A model generated the notes under the pieces. That model worked only from the letters and a program-made list of their open reading frames with translations. It did not search any database and was not told the DNA's origin. A DNA stretch of 47,020 bases, taken from positions 1 to 47,020 of the forward strand of contig LT642167.1 of the NCBI GenBank assembly GCA_900128585.1, given 5' to 3'. The translations under genes were made by a program, and so were the position numbers. Shown in pieces: positions 1 to 11,141 of the stretch (the first letter of the stretch is position 1; each line of letters opens with the position of its first letter). This DNA is from Stramenopiles sp. TOSAG23-3 (taxonomy: Eukaryota).

Positions 1-212
1 TCTTTTACTATTAGAGCTTTACAGCATGTCTTCTTTTCCTTCCTCTGCTGCGTTATTAGAGATTAATAAAAAAAAAAAAGCTGAAAGAAAAAAAAACAAA
101 AGGAGAGAGGCCACATTGTTTTAATCGGAGGGGAACAACACAGCAGTGTTTTCCCCTTTTTATTTCGATTAGTTCGCAGCAGTAGTATTACAGGAAGACG
201 ATAAATTTACGT

Positions 213-246
213 AACTACTTAAATAACAGCCAATTTTTTGTTTTAA
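213..246 (-). repeat. Dispersed 3'-flank element, copy A
   Basis: Minus strand reads TTAAAACAAAAAATTGGCTGTTATTTAAGTAGTT, ~62 nt past the kinesin stop. The related sub-motif CTGCGAACT lies at ~171-179. Confidence 0.8.
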
Positions 247-307
247 TACTTATATACGAAACACACTCTACACTACAAAAGATTGTGAGCAATGTTAATT
301 ATAAAAT

Positions 308-3300
308 TCAATAGCGAAGCGAACGATCTTTGGTATTCCGACTGCGGTAATTGTTCAAATTAGAGACATCAACGGGATTCTTCTTATGCTCTCCATGAAA
401 GCGTTTCTGCGAAGGAGAAATGTAACGATGCGACTCTACACTCAATTTGTCAGCTTTTTTCAAGAGTCCATTTATCTTTTTGACGTGCGGAATGCCTGCG
501 GCGGCAGAATTTTCTTTCCTCGCACCAATGCCATTTTCTTTGTCACGTCGGCGAGTGAACAGCGCCAATTGAGACCATACCAAATCGTACAAGGTGCCTC
601 CATTTGCACGAACATTTTTTGCGACTGGGGCAAGGTCCCAGTACCCAGCCATATCGAGTGGCGAAAGACCATGGCGGCTTATGATTCGTGCATCCGCCCC
701 CCTCAATAACATGCTATCGATGATTTGTGTCGCCCACTTGTAATAGGCGCGACCATCACCTTTTTGGGAAATTCCCGCGATGGCTTTGCAGAAACCCAAC
801 AATGCCGTGTTTCCATATCGATCTTGCGCGTTTATGTTAATCTTTTTGCTGGTCATTGATAAGCAGTTTGACACTACAGAAACGTGGTCGTCGGCTAAAT
901 TGATGCACGGGGGAGGCATCGAGAGGAGCAAGTGGAGAGGGTTTCGACCGCAGTGATCAATTGCACTTTTTTTGCCGATCCACGCAGCTTTGTAAGATAT
1001 CAAGTATCGCACGATTGGAATCCAGTAATTGGTACCCGTCCACACTCCCGCCGTTGCACTTGAGGGAGAACCCATGGCCCGACGACTAAGGACAATGCAA
1101 AGTGTCAATGGGGTGAGACCATCCTTTGATTCTGCATTTACATCGGCACCATGCTCGACCAGCATCTTGATTATTGGAAGGCTCATAGCATTCATTCGCC
1201 TAATTTCAATATGTAACGCACTTTCCCCGTCAGAATTCTTATGAGAAACGTTCACAGAGGGCACCGACAAGATATTGCGTAGCAGCGACATCGACTTCTT
1301 TGCTGGCATGGACGTAAGTGCATGCATTAAAACTGTATTCCCGTTCTCATCGACCTGGTTAAGGTTGAACCCGTTGTCCAGCAGAACGCTAACGCACTTT
1401 TGCACTCGGGATAAATCCCCATGATAGTTCAGCCCAGTAATTGCACGGTGAATTGGAACCAGGTTTGGGGCATGGCGTTCATTCTCAGAGAATATTTTTG
1501 GCCGCGAGTTTACTGCCTTTTTCAGTTCGTGCAATTCTCCGTCGTATGCTGCCGAGTGAATGTTTGCTATAAACTCTTCTTCTTCGTTCTCGTAGCTGGT
1601 GGGGGATGCATGCAACTTCGAGGAACGCAACGAAATACCTTTCCAAGCTTGTGGGGTGCGTGAATTGTTTTCTTGCTTCATAGACTTTCTGTCTTTTTTC
1701 TCCAGTGGAATGGTGCTGTCAGCACTTGGGGTACTGACTAGTTTGGCAAAACTAGAAGGCCGAAGACTATCAAATTTCGAAGTGTGAGCAAGCTGATCAA
1801 TAGACAAACTAGAGACAGCACGAAACCGTTTCAGTTTTTTGAATGCATTCTTCTTAACAGATAAACACCTATGGTCTTGATGCGCCATGACCTTTAAGAG
1901 TGGTTCATAGTGCTTTTTTCGCACATCAGTTTGACTCCGGGATGCCACTTCAGTCGCTTCTTCCAAGTGTTTTTCGACATCAGAAAGTGCCTTTTTTGCA
2001 CCACTAGTTTGCGCTTCGACTTGGAATTCCAAGTCTTCAAGAGCTCTCTTGTGCTCAATTGATTGGGATTTAAGCTGCTCCTCGAAGTTTTCTTTCAGCT
2101 CCTTATATTTTTCTACCGCTGAAACAAGTTTCTCTTTCAAAGCCTTTACTTCTTTATCATGCGAGACAAGCACGGATTCCATTCGAACAGAGACAGCGTT
2201 TTTTACAGCAGTTTTGGTCAGTTCTTCGTGATCCATTATCATTTTTCTGATGTATTTTGTATTGCTAGACTCAATATTTGCAATTTTATCAATGTAGTTG
2301 TCATGAATGCTTTTGAGAGCCTTGTTGTGTTTTTCTTTTGTGCTTTTGATCGCCAAATCCTTCTCCACAAACTTTTCCTCAAACTTCTTAACGACTTCAT
2401 CGTTTACAGCATTGTTCGCCTTCTTCAGTTCTTCTTGATGCTCTACTTTCATTTCTTCAATTTGTTTCTTCAACACTTCTACAGAGCTTGAACTTTCTTG
2501 GTTTGCGGTTGCCAACTTAACTTCATATGCTTTAACTTGATCCGTTAATGCTTTCCTCAATATTGTTTTGTTTTTTCTATTCTTTTCTGAGCTTTCTTTG
2601 AGGCGTTCTTCAAACATCTTTGCCTGATCCTTGAGAGCTGTTTGAAGCGCTAATTCCGTTGATTCTTTTGCGGCTTCCAGGGAAGATATTTTTGATGTGA
2701 ATTTTACCTCCAACTCTTGCAACTGCTTGTTCCTTTCTTTGCTGTCTTTAGATTTAATTTTTTTCAGTTGAGCTTTTAAAGAAGATATCGTTGACTCGGC
2801 TTCAGTAAACTTCATCTGCGATTGTGCCATATCGTCTTTCATTGATTCTTGCATGTCTCGTTCTCCAGTCAATGTGCTTTTCAATTCATCAATTTCACGC
2901 TCTTTCTCCGACAAAATCTCTTCTTTCATTTGTGCAACAATTGTGTCGTACTTTGCGCGTTCTAATCCAATCGTCTTGTTTATCTTTTCTTTGAAATCAT
3001 TTTCCTGTTCTGATATCATTTGAGAAAACTGCTCTTGGACTTCTTCACATTTTTTTGCCACAGATTCAGCGACCGACCTTCGGTTCTTTTCAGCAAAATC
3101 CTTTTCCATCTCACAGATCTTTTTCGCAAACTCGTCTCTTTCCTGTTCAAGGTTAGCTTGGGCTTCTTCCAGTTGTTTCTCATATTTTTCGCATACTTCG
3201 TCGCTATACTTTCTGAGGTTCACTATTTGAAACTCGTAATCTTCCTTTAATTTTTCTACGTTATCTCCATGAGCCTTCTGCATCTCTTCTTTAGTGCTCT

Positions 3301-6300
3301 CAACAGAATCTCTGACTTGGATTTCACAATCATTTTGTAATGCTTTGAAATCAACTTTATTTTTCTCAGAGTCCTCCTTTCGCAACTCATTTAAGGCTGC
3401 AATTTTCTCTTCGAACAATTTCATTTGAGAATTTAATGCGGTTTGGAGAGACAATTCCGACGCCTCTTTTGCAGATTTCAGGGAATTTATTTGAGATTCA
3501 TACTCATTTTTCTGCCTTTGAACTTCTGCAGATATTTTTGATTCATTCATTTCCGACATGGTCGAGTACTTTTCTTCCGTGACTTTCATTAGCTCTTCTG
3601 ACTTAGCATTTAGAAGAGATAGTTCTTTCACTTTTCTGGACTGCTCATCAAGTTTTTCTTTCAGTAATTTAGTCGCCGCAAGATACTTCTTTTCAATACT
3701 AGCATGCTTTTTTTCAGCATGGCGTAGAGCTTTCTTCTTATCATCATGGTGTTTTTTGATTAAAAACGCAATCTCTTCTTGCTTTTCTGAAGATATTTGA
3801 ACAAGGGCATCGTTATTTTCTCGGGCTAGCTGTTGACTTGTGGCGCACATTTCGTTGATAGCTATCTCATGATCTTTTATGAGTTTACTCTTTTCTGCAT
3901 TTAACGTTGTACCGAAGAAAGTTTCGTTAGCTCTCTGCTTCCACACAAAAAATGCCTTGACCGTCTTTCGTTGCATATAGATTGAAGAGAGCTTTGACAT
4001 GCATTTGCAAAATTGAGAAATGCTCTTTGTTTGATTTTTCCATTGCTGGAAGTGCAATTTAATTCGTCTAGTCATAAATTTATTCAAAAAGTGCTCAAGT
4101 GCGCGCGCTTGAAAACCCGATCTAGAATTCTCATAGACGTTCAGTTTCTCACTCAAGTCTCTATTTTTTTCTTTTAATGCTGTCTTTCTCCAAGTGTAGA
4201 ATGCAATCTGGGAATATCGCTTCGATACCATTTTTAGTACAGACGATAAAACTGCCCTGTTTGATTTGCTTTTTGTGGCCATGGTTCGGTTGCTCGCGTC
4301 TTCCATCTCACATCTTATGTTCTGCAATGTCGTTGTGTGTGTAAATCTGAGCCATGCCCGAAACGATTTATTCGTTAAGCGGTAATTTTTCCGTGCAATT
4401 TGAAACTTCGAGCAACTCTCAGCTGTACTATTCTGCAGAGCTTCGTATGCCTCTTCACTCTTTTCTTTTTCAGATAACATTGTATCATGAAACGCTACTT
4501 TTTGTGTTTTTTGCTGCATTAAGTACTTGTTTTGAAGCTTTTCTTCTAAATCAGAGTATTTTTTCATAAATTCTTCACGAAGCTCACTCATTTTTTCTTC
4601 GCTTTCTTTCGCATGCACTTTACTTGCCATTTTTAGTTCTTCAGAATGCTTACTTTGCAACAGATTGATAGCCTGCAAGCGCTCGTTTTCTGCTTTTAAT
4701 GCCATGCTTTGTAGAGCACTTTTAAATTCATGCTCACTCTTTTGTATTAATGATTCTTTTTCCTCCTCGGCTTTGCTGAGCTTCTCAGATTTTATGCGTT
4801 GCGCCTCATTTAGATCCCTCTGATGAGCCTCTTTCAAAAGCGCAATTGCAGATTCATGATGATCGGTTTGTGAAGTCATTTTTGTTTCAAGAACACTCAG
4901 TTTTTCATCCCACTGAGCTTTCAAATCGCCTTTTTCTTTCTCACACTGAACCTTCAGCTCTGAAATGCTATTTGACTTTTGGGCTTCAAATCCCTTTTGT
5001 AGTTCGGCTTTTAAAGCCCTTATCTCTTCAACATGAGATGCCTTAATTGCCGCAATAGAGGTGTGCAAAACATCTTTTTGTTTGAATTCGAGTAGCTCAA
5101 GTTCTTTTGAAGAAGAGTTTTTGAGCGCTTTTAACTCATCTTCATAGTGGCGTTTAAGGCTAGACATTTCTAGCGCGGACCGTTCCTTAACATGCCTTAC
5201 AGTTTCTTCTTGCATGGTCAATTTCTGCTTTGTCAGATCCAGTTCTGATTTCCATGTTTGCTCCGTAGATAAAAGTTTAGACGTGGCGCTCTCAGTTATT
5301 TCCACAAGACGTTGTTCATGCTTGGCAACCATTTCATTTCGATCTGCAGCAAATTTCCCCCTCAAAAGCTCAATTTTCTCGTTAAAGGTTGCTTCCATCT
5401 CCTTCGCTTTCTGTAAAGAGTTCTCTTGGAGAGCATGGAGATCTTTGTTGTACTGGTCCTTTAAATTCGAACTATTTTCAAGCTTCCGATTTTCAAACTG
5501 TTGCTCAGTCTGTTTTAATTTATTATCATAGGTGTTTTTAAGGGCCTCGATCTCCTTTAACTTGTCTTTTTGTAGTTGATCTGTAGCGATTCGCTCTTGG
5601 GCAGACTGTTTTTTAAAATCAGCGAACTGCATTTGAACCCTCGCCAATTCTTCTTTCAGTTGAGTAACTACGTTTTCATTAGCTCTGTTTTGATCAGCGA
5701 GTTGTTTTTCATAGTTTTCACTCCATTTCTTTTCTTGTGCTGAAAGATTTTGTTCCCACTTAATCGATTCGTTTTCAATAATAGTTTTGGATACGTTTTC
5801 TATTTTTGCTGTTTCCATTAGTGCCGTCTCTTTCTGAATGTTTAAAATTGCGGTTGAATGCTCTTCCTTCAGCTTTAAGACAGTGTTTTCATGCGTTTGA
5901 GTAAGCTCTTGAAATTTTCTCGCGCTGGACTCTTGAGAAGATCGAGTTATTTGCTCTAGTTCCACCTGCTTTTTTGAAAGGGCAGTTTCAAGAACTTGTT
6001 TCTCTTTTTCTAATTCCTCACTGAATTCTTTCCGTATCTTCTGTATTTCACTAGCGTGTTTATCGTTAGTCTGTCTTAATGATTCGCGCAGCTCCTGTTT
6101 TGTCGCAATGGTGTCTTCCTTTCCTTTTGCGTTGGCATCTGATAATGCCTTTTTATGATTTTCATTGATTTCTTCAATTTGCTTTTGGAAAATTTGAGCG
6201 TTTTCTTGAAGGCTGCGTTGAAGTTCTTGCGCAAACTGGGATTCACACTCTTTTCGACTAGTTTCAATTCTATTTTCGGTGAGATGAGCGAGATTTATGT

Positions 6301-9300
6301 TTCTACTCTCCATGCTTTCTTTGAACTCTCTCAAACGCATTGCAGCCGCATCTTCGGCTTCCTGGATTGCCTTTGATAAATTTATTTTTGATTCATCCAG
6401 TGCTTCTTGAAGGCGTTTGTTTTCGCCTTGCGCAGCAAGCAACTGAGTTTGCATCTCTGACTTAAAGACTGTTTGCTCTTTTTCCAACGATTCCTTTGAA
6501 ACCCGCAACTCTTCCATTAACTTAATTTTTTCGTTGGAAGACTTCAGAACTAAATTTTCTGTAATAGATTCAATTTTTGTCATCATTTCGTCCTTTTCTT
6601 TCGCACTTTGTTGCGTTAAATTATTTAAACGATCTTTAAGCATTGTTTCTTGACTTTTCATTTCACTATTTGTTTGCAAAGACTCATTTAGCTGCTTATT
6701 AAGTGCTTCCATGCTATTCTTGAGTAAAGTAACTTCTTCTTCTAACGCAGACTCACTACATTTGATTTCAGATTGGGATGATTTGGCTTCTGCCAGCTCT
6801 TTCGATATCTTTTCAAAATCCTTTTTGTACCTTTCATTCGCCACCTTGTCGGATAACGATGATTTGGTGGCATCTACTAATCGGCCTTCTACAGTCTCCA
6901 ACCGCTTGGACAAGACAAGTTTTTCGCTCTTTAAAGTATCGAGTTTTTCATTGAAAGAGATCTTGGCTTTGTCTAAGTCTTCTACTGCTGCGGCATGGCC
7001 ACTATTTTTTATTTCGGTCAATTTCATTTGCAGCGCTTGGATACACGCCTCTTTTTCGGGCAGGAGTTTATCAAATCCAGCAATTTTTTCTCTAAGTTTT
7101 GCACAAATGGATTCTTTTTCCTGGGAATGCGTTTGCAGTTCTATCATGGTATCCATTGCCTTTCTCAACGATGCTTGGATTTTATCGCGCTTCTCTCTCA
7201 ATTCAGAAATTTTTGCGTCTCTTAATTTGATTTCATTCCCAAGTTGCGTTTCGTTTTGTTTGTCATTAACTTCCTTTATTACATTTTTCTCCTTCAGTTT
7301 CGAAATGATGGTATCCTGATCTGATATTTTCTTCGCGAACTTTGAATTGGAAGACTCCAGTTCAACTACAAGTTTCTTGTACTTTCGAATTTCTTCGTTA
7401 AAAGCCTGAATCTGCAAATTTACCCTGTTTTGGGTCTTTTTTGAAGTGCTTTCTTCGAGCCTTAACTTTCGTTTTACTATTGACATCTGATTACTATTTT
7501 CTTCAAGATCTTGTTGAAGCTTCTCCATTTGCTCCTTGTGGTTCTTGTTTACAGAAGAGATTGACGAACGGGCTTTTTTCAGGGCTAGTTTGAGTTCAGA
7601 TATTTGCTTTTCAGCCATGTCCTTTTCGACAGAAATATTTTTCATGTACTTTTCTTCCAGCTGTTGGCGCTCTCTACGATTCGACTCCTTCAATTTGCGT
7701 TCGTTAGACAGTTCATTTTTCAGCTGCTTAACTTCAGTTGAAAGTTCATTAACCAATGACTGCGCTTTCGATTTTTCCAGTGCTTTTTGTTCCGTAAGAA
7801 TTTTCTCTCGCATTAATTTCTCTTTGACATCGTCCATTTCTCGCAACGCATTGGCGTACTCATTTTTGATAACTCCGACACGTTCCTCATTTGCACGGGC
7901 GTCCTGAACTTCACTCTCTAATTGCAAAATTTGAGATTTCATTGCCTTCTTTTGATGTTGCCATTCATCCACCACTTGGCGAATTCTATCAGACTCATCT
8001 CCCAATCGCTTTGCTGCCGCATCTCGCTGCGATCGCATACGTTTTGAATCAGCCTGGGAAGCCTGCAAAGCTATTCGTAAGTTTTGGGCCTCATCCTCCC
8101 TTCCTTCGACTGTCTTCTTCAATTGGGATATTTCTTGTCGCTGCAACATCACAGTTTCCTGATATTCTTCGACGTTTGCCTGCAACTCTTCAAAGTGCCC
8201 CAGCTCTTTAGTGTGTTCTTCACGGTTGGATATGACCTGATTCAATTTTCGCTGCAGTTCTTGCTTTTCAAGCTCGTTCTGTCTTGCCATTTCCCTCACT
8301 CGCTGCTTTAACTCTGTGCTTTCTTTGGTGCTTCTCACATGAAGCGATCGAATGCGGTTAAATTCTGTCGTGCGTTCTAGCAAGCGAACCTTCAGCTCGT
8401 CTACTTGAGAAGCAACCTTTTGCATTTCAGATGCACCAGTACTATCAACGTTGATTTTGGTCGAATTTTCAATTTTTTTGGCTCGACTAGAGTACATCAA
8501 GGAAGTCTTTGTTTGTTGAAAGAAAGCTTCCGGGCAACGGATGGTTGTGATCATGCAGGTTTTCGAATTGCCCCCCAACGAATCTCGCAACAGGTACGTT
8601 AATTTGTTGTGACGATAGGGAACAATGGGTTTTTTCGTACTGCCTCCTCTCTTTGAATGATACGAAGACAAAGCAGAAAGGACGTTCCCGAGCATTGCCA
8701 AAGATAAGTTAATGTTCTGGGTTTCGCGCAGGGTTGTGCCTTCTGCCCCCGACATGCTCACGCGCTCACTTCCTGCTAAGTCAACCAAATGCAACTTTCC
8801 CATGCACACGGCTCCCGCCCCCTTTTCACGGCTTTCCACGTCTAATGTCATTATCGAATGAGACCTTGAACTATGCTCGTTCAAATTTGTATGACCGACC
8901 GCTCGAGAACTCAAACCATAACGAATTAAACTCATAACTTCAGACACACTGCTAACTTTGCTGCGGAGAGTTTTCGATCCCGTCAAATACACTCCCTTGG
9001 ACGAATTTTCACGAACGTCGATCTTCGCACGGACCCTGTCCTCTTCGCGCAATTTGTTCTTTGAACGCGCTCCAAATTTTTTCGTTACATTGGACCCTTC
9101 CAACAAGTCACGAAAATTGTTGTTGTAAAGCTCTACAAAGCTCATACGAACCATGAACATCATGCCCGACTTTTTTGAGCTGTTTTCGCCAATCAGTTCA
9201 AAGAGTCGCTGGACGGCGCGCGGTGTAATACCAGGCCTCTCGTCTGTCCCCATCATGGTATGCGTCTTCCCGCTGCCAGTCGCCCCGTATGCAAAAATAG

Positions 9301-9619
9301 TAGCGTTGTAACCACCGACAACCGAGTCAACCAACTCTTCAATGCTTTCGTCAAACACATCTTGCTGTCGAGCGTCGGGACCGTAGACGCGGTCGTATCC
9401 AAAGTCTTTTCTTTCGCTTTCAAAATTGTGCGCATCCTTCAGGTTCTCCAAACCGGTATCGATCGTAGTCCTAAATGCTGGCTTGTACAGCGACAGCGCA
9501 GAAGAGTGCATCAGTTTAACACATGGTTTCCCAAAGCGTTTGAGGTCATTTTTGTGCTCCGGGCGGAGACGGACTATGACGCGGATCCTCTCGTTTTTAG
9601 CTTTCGCCGAGACACTCAT
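308..9619 (-). CDS. Giant N-terminal-motor kinesin (~3100 aa) with long coiled-coil stalk and C-terminal ankyrin repeats
   Basis: P-loop GATGSGKT, switch I NEHSSRSH, switch II LVDLAGSER, VPYR..KLTYLLRDSLGGNSKT. About 2200 aa of E/K-rich heptads follow. The tail has ankyrin motifs (GNTVLMHA, GESALHI, GLTPL, GRNPLH, GNTALL). First ATG is at 9619; the track start at 9625 is TTG. Confidence 0.95.
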   Translation of the reverse strand: MSVSAKAKNERIRVIVRLRPEHKNDLKRFGKPCVKLMHSSALSLYKPAFRTTIDTGLENLKDAHNFESERKDFGYDRVYGPDARQQDVFDESIEELVDSVVGGYNATIFAYGATGSGKTHTMMGTDERPGITPRAVQRLFELIGENSSKKSGMMFMVRMSFVELYNNNFRDLLEGSNVTKKFGARSKNKLREEDRVRAKIDVRENSSKGVYLTGSKTLRSKVSSVSEVMSLIRYGLSSRAVGHTNLNEHSSRSHSIMTLDVESREKGAGAVCMGKLHLVDLAGSERVSMSGAEGTTLRETQNINLSLAMLGNVLSALSSYHSKRGGSTKKPIVPYRHNKLTYLLRDSLGGNSKTCMITTIRCPEAFFQQTKTSLMYSSRAKKIENSTKINVDSTGASEMQKVASQVDELKVRLLERTTEFNRIRSLHVRSTKESTELKQRVREMARQNELEKQELQRKLNQVISNREEHTKELGHFEELQANVEEYQETVMLQRQEISQLKKTVEGREDEAQNLRIALQASQADSKRMRSQRDAAAKRLGDESDRIRQVVDEWQHQKKAMKSQILQLESEVQDARANEERVGVIKNEYANALREMDDVKEKLMREKILTEQKALEKSKAQSLVNELSTEVKQLKNELSNERKLKESNRRERQQLEEKYMKNISVEKDMAEKQISELKLALKKARSSISSVNKNHKEQMEKLQQDLEENSNQMSIVKRKLRLEESTSKKTQNRVNLQIQAFNEEIRKYKKLVVELESSNSKFAKKISDQDTIISKLKEKNVIKEVNDKQNETQLGNEIKLRDAKISELREKRDKIQASLRKAMDTMIELQTHSQEKESICAKLREKIAGFDKLLPEKEACIQALQMKLTEIKNSGHAAAVEDLDKAKISFNEKLDTLKSEKLVLSKRLETVEGRLVDATKSSLSDKVANERYKKDFEKISKELAEAKSSQSEIKCSESALEEEVTLLKNSMEALNKQLNESLQTNSEMKSQETMLKDRLNNLTQQSAKEKDEMMTKIESITENLVLKSSNEKIKLMEELRVSKESLEKEQTVFKSEMQTQLLAAQGENKRLQEALDESKINLSKAIQEAEDAAAMRLREFKESMESRNINLAHLTENRIETSRKECESQFAQELQRSLQENAQIFQKQIEEINENHKKALSDANAKGKEDTIATKQELRESLRQTNDKHASEIQKIRKEFSEELEKEKQVLETALSKKQVELEQITRSSQESSARKFQELTQTHENTVLKLKEEHSTAILNIQKETALMETAKIENVSKTIIENESIKWEQNLSAQEKKWSENYEKQLADQNRANENVVTQLKEELARVQMQFADFKKQSAQERIATDQLQKDKLKEIEALKNTYDNKLKQTEQQFENRKLENSSNLKDQYNKDLHALQENSLQKAKEMEATFNEKIELLRGKFAADRNEMVAKHEQRLVEITESATSKLLSTEQTWKSELDLTKQKLTMQEETVRHVKERSALEMSSLKRHYEDELKALKNSSSKELELLEFKQKDVLHTSIAAIKASHVEEIRALKAELQKGFEAQKSNSISELKVQCEKEKGDLKAQWDEKLSVLETKMTSQTDHHESAIALLKEAHQRDLNEAQRIKSEKLSKAEEEKESLIQKSEHEFKSALQSMALKAENERLQAINLLQSKHSEELKMASKVHAKESEEKMSELREEFMKKYSDLEEKLQNKYLMQQKTQKVAFHDTMLSEKEKSEEAYEALQNSTAESCSKFQIARKNYRLTNKSFRAWLRFTHTTTLQNIRCEMEDASNRTMATKSKSNRAVLSSVLKMVSKRYSQIAFYTWRKTALKEKNRDLSEKLNVYENSRSGFQARALEHFLNKFMTRRIKLHFQQWKNQTKSISQFCKCMSKLSSIYMQRKTVKAFFVWKQRANETFFGTTLNAEKSKLIKDHEIAINEMCATSQQLARENNDALVQISSEKQEEIAFLIKKHHDDKKKALRHAEKKHASIEKKYLAATKLLKEKLDEQSRKVKELSLLNAKSEELMKVTEEKYSTMSEMNESKISAEVQRQKNEYESQINSLKSAKEASELSLQTALNSQMKLFEEKIAALNELRKEDSEKNKVDFKALQNDCEIQVRDSVESTKEEMQKAHGDNVEKLKEDYEFQIVNLRKYSDEVCEKYEKQLEEAQANLEQERDEFAKKICEMEKDFAEKNRRSVAESVAKKCEEVQEQFSQMISEQENDFKEKINKTIGLERAKYDTIVAQMKEEILSEKEREIDELKSTLTGERDMQESMKDDMAQSQMKFTEAESTISSLKAQLKKIKSKDSKERNKQLQELEVKFTSKISSLEAAKESTELALQTALKDQAKMFEERLKESSEKNRKNKTILRKALTDQVKAYEVKLATANQESSSSVEVLKKQIEEMKVEHQEELKKANNAVNDEVVKKFEEKFVEKDLAIKSTKEKHNKALKSIHDNYIDKIANIESSNTKYIRKMIMDHEELTKTAVKNAVSVRMESVLVSHDKEVKALKEKLVSAVEKYKELKENFEEQLKSQSIEHKRALEDLEFQVEAQTSGAKKALSDVEKHLEEATEVASRSQTDVRKKHYEPLLKVMAHQDHRCLSVKKNAFKKLKRFRAVSSLSIDQLAHTSKFDSLRPSSFAKLVSTPSADSTIPLEKKDRKSMKQENNSRTPQAWKGISLRSSKLHASPTSYENEEEEFIANIHSAAYDGELHELKKAVNSRPKIFSENERHAPNLVPIHRAITGLNYHGDLSRVQKCVSVLLDNGFNLNQVDENGNTVLMHALTSMPAKKSMSLLRNILSVPSVNVSHKNSDGESALHIEIRRMNAMSLPIIKMLVEHGADVNAESKDGLTPLTLCIVLSRRAMGSPSSATAGVWTGTNYWIPIVRYLISYKAAWIGKKSAIDHCGRNPLHLLLSMPPPCINLADDHVSVVSNCLSMTSKKININAQDRYGNTALLGFCKAIAGISQKGDGRAYYKWATQIIDSMLLRGADARIISRHGLSPLDMAGYWDLAPVAKNVRANGGTLYDLVWSQLALFTRRRDKENGIGARKENSAAAGIPHVKKINGLLKKADKLSVESHRYISPSQKRFHGEHKKNPVDVSNLNNYRSRNTKDRSLRY

Positions 9620-11141
9620 TTTCAACTACCTAAAGCCCGATGCCCAGCGTGAACAAATACCTGCGTGCGTTTTACCAGGTAATAGAAACGAAAAGAATTG
9701 GCCGTTTCTTGTGGAGACAAAAATTGGTAAGCTTTATAAAAATGTACGTTATGCAACACAACGCCGTTTACAAATTAAAATGCGCCGAATGAAAGAAAGT
9801 GCGAGAAAGAAATGCTTTTTTGTTCTTGTTTGTTTGTTGTATGCGAAATCTCCATCCCCCATTTTTTTAATATTTTTTTATTTTATTATAATTATTATTT
9901 TTTTTTATTTTTAAACTCCTCTCTCTGTTGTTGTTGTTTGTTGTTATAAAATATTATTTTATTATTCTATTATTTTTTTAATAATAATTTTAATTTGAAA
10001 ATCATAAATATAATAAAATATGCGAAATAGGCAATTACAATGAAAGTGAGGAAAAGAAAATATATATAGGGATATATAATTATATAAGTATAAATATGTA
10101 TATATATGATAAATTCAATTTTATTGTATGTTATACTTTTATAATATATTGTATATTGATATAAATAGGATAATTAATAACATTAATTCAGTAACGACAA
10201 ATCCATTTATTCGTCGTCTCTCGTCCTCGTAGTTATTATTATAATTAATATTAGAACTACGATCGAAGTATTATAATAACTCACGACGGTATTTTATAAA
10301 AGGAAAAGTTAGCGATTTCAGATTTCACCAACAATCATCCTTTTTTTTCCCATAATTTTCATCTTTGCTTTTTCGTTCGTTATTCAGTTGTTCATAGTTT
10401 AAAGTTTAAAGTATATGCTATTTTAACTTATTTTGTACGGTAGTTATTACTTGGTATATTATTATACCTATCAAAGTGTTCTAATTACTACGTAATTCAA
10501 TTCAATTTGATTTCTTTTTCCTTTTTTCCCCTCAACCTGCTGTCGTGATTTAAAGTTGGTTTCCTCTTTTGCTATTTCCATGTTATATTTTAGCGTGTTC
10601 CAATGAGGACTTGAAAGAAAATAACGACTTTTCTTAAAATTTCTAATTTCTTCGTAAAAAGAAGTACGAACGCGTTTACCGGTACTTGAACAATGATGTG
10701 TTCATACTATAATGCAATTTTATTTCCTAGTTATGAAATAATACAAAAGTATGAAAGATGACAAGAAAAAAAAGAACAGGAGGACACTCATCGCACAAAC
10801 AACCTATTACATTGTAATACTACAGAAGAAGAAGAAACAACGAACGACGAAATCAATAATAATCCACCACAACAAAGAAGAATAAAAAAAATAATAATAA
10901 TAATGGACATATAATAATAATAATCACATCTATTTAATAATATACTAATAACAAATATTTATATAATTCTTGTTCAAAAAGTCAACAATCTGTTCAAAGG
11001 CAAAGTTTTCAAGGGGATTTAATTATAGTTTATTTAAAATTTTTATGTATTCAAGTAATAATTTAAGCGGAAAGTTTTTGAGTTTGAATTTATGCAACTG
11101 AAAAAGCATTTCTTAACAAACGTTAGAATACACGCGTAATT

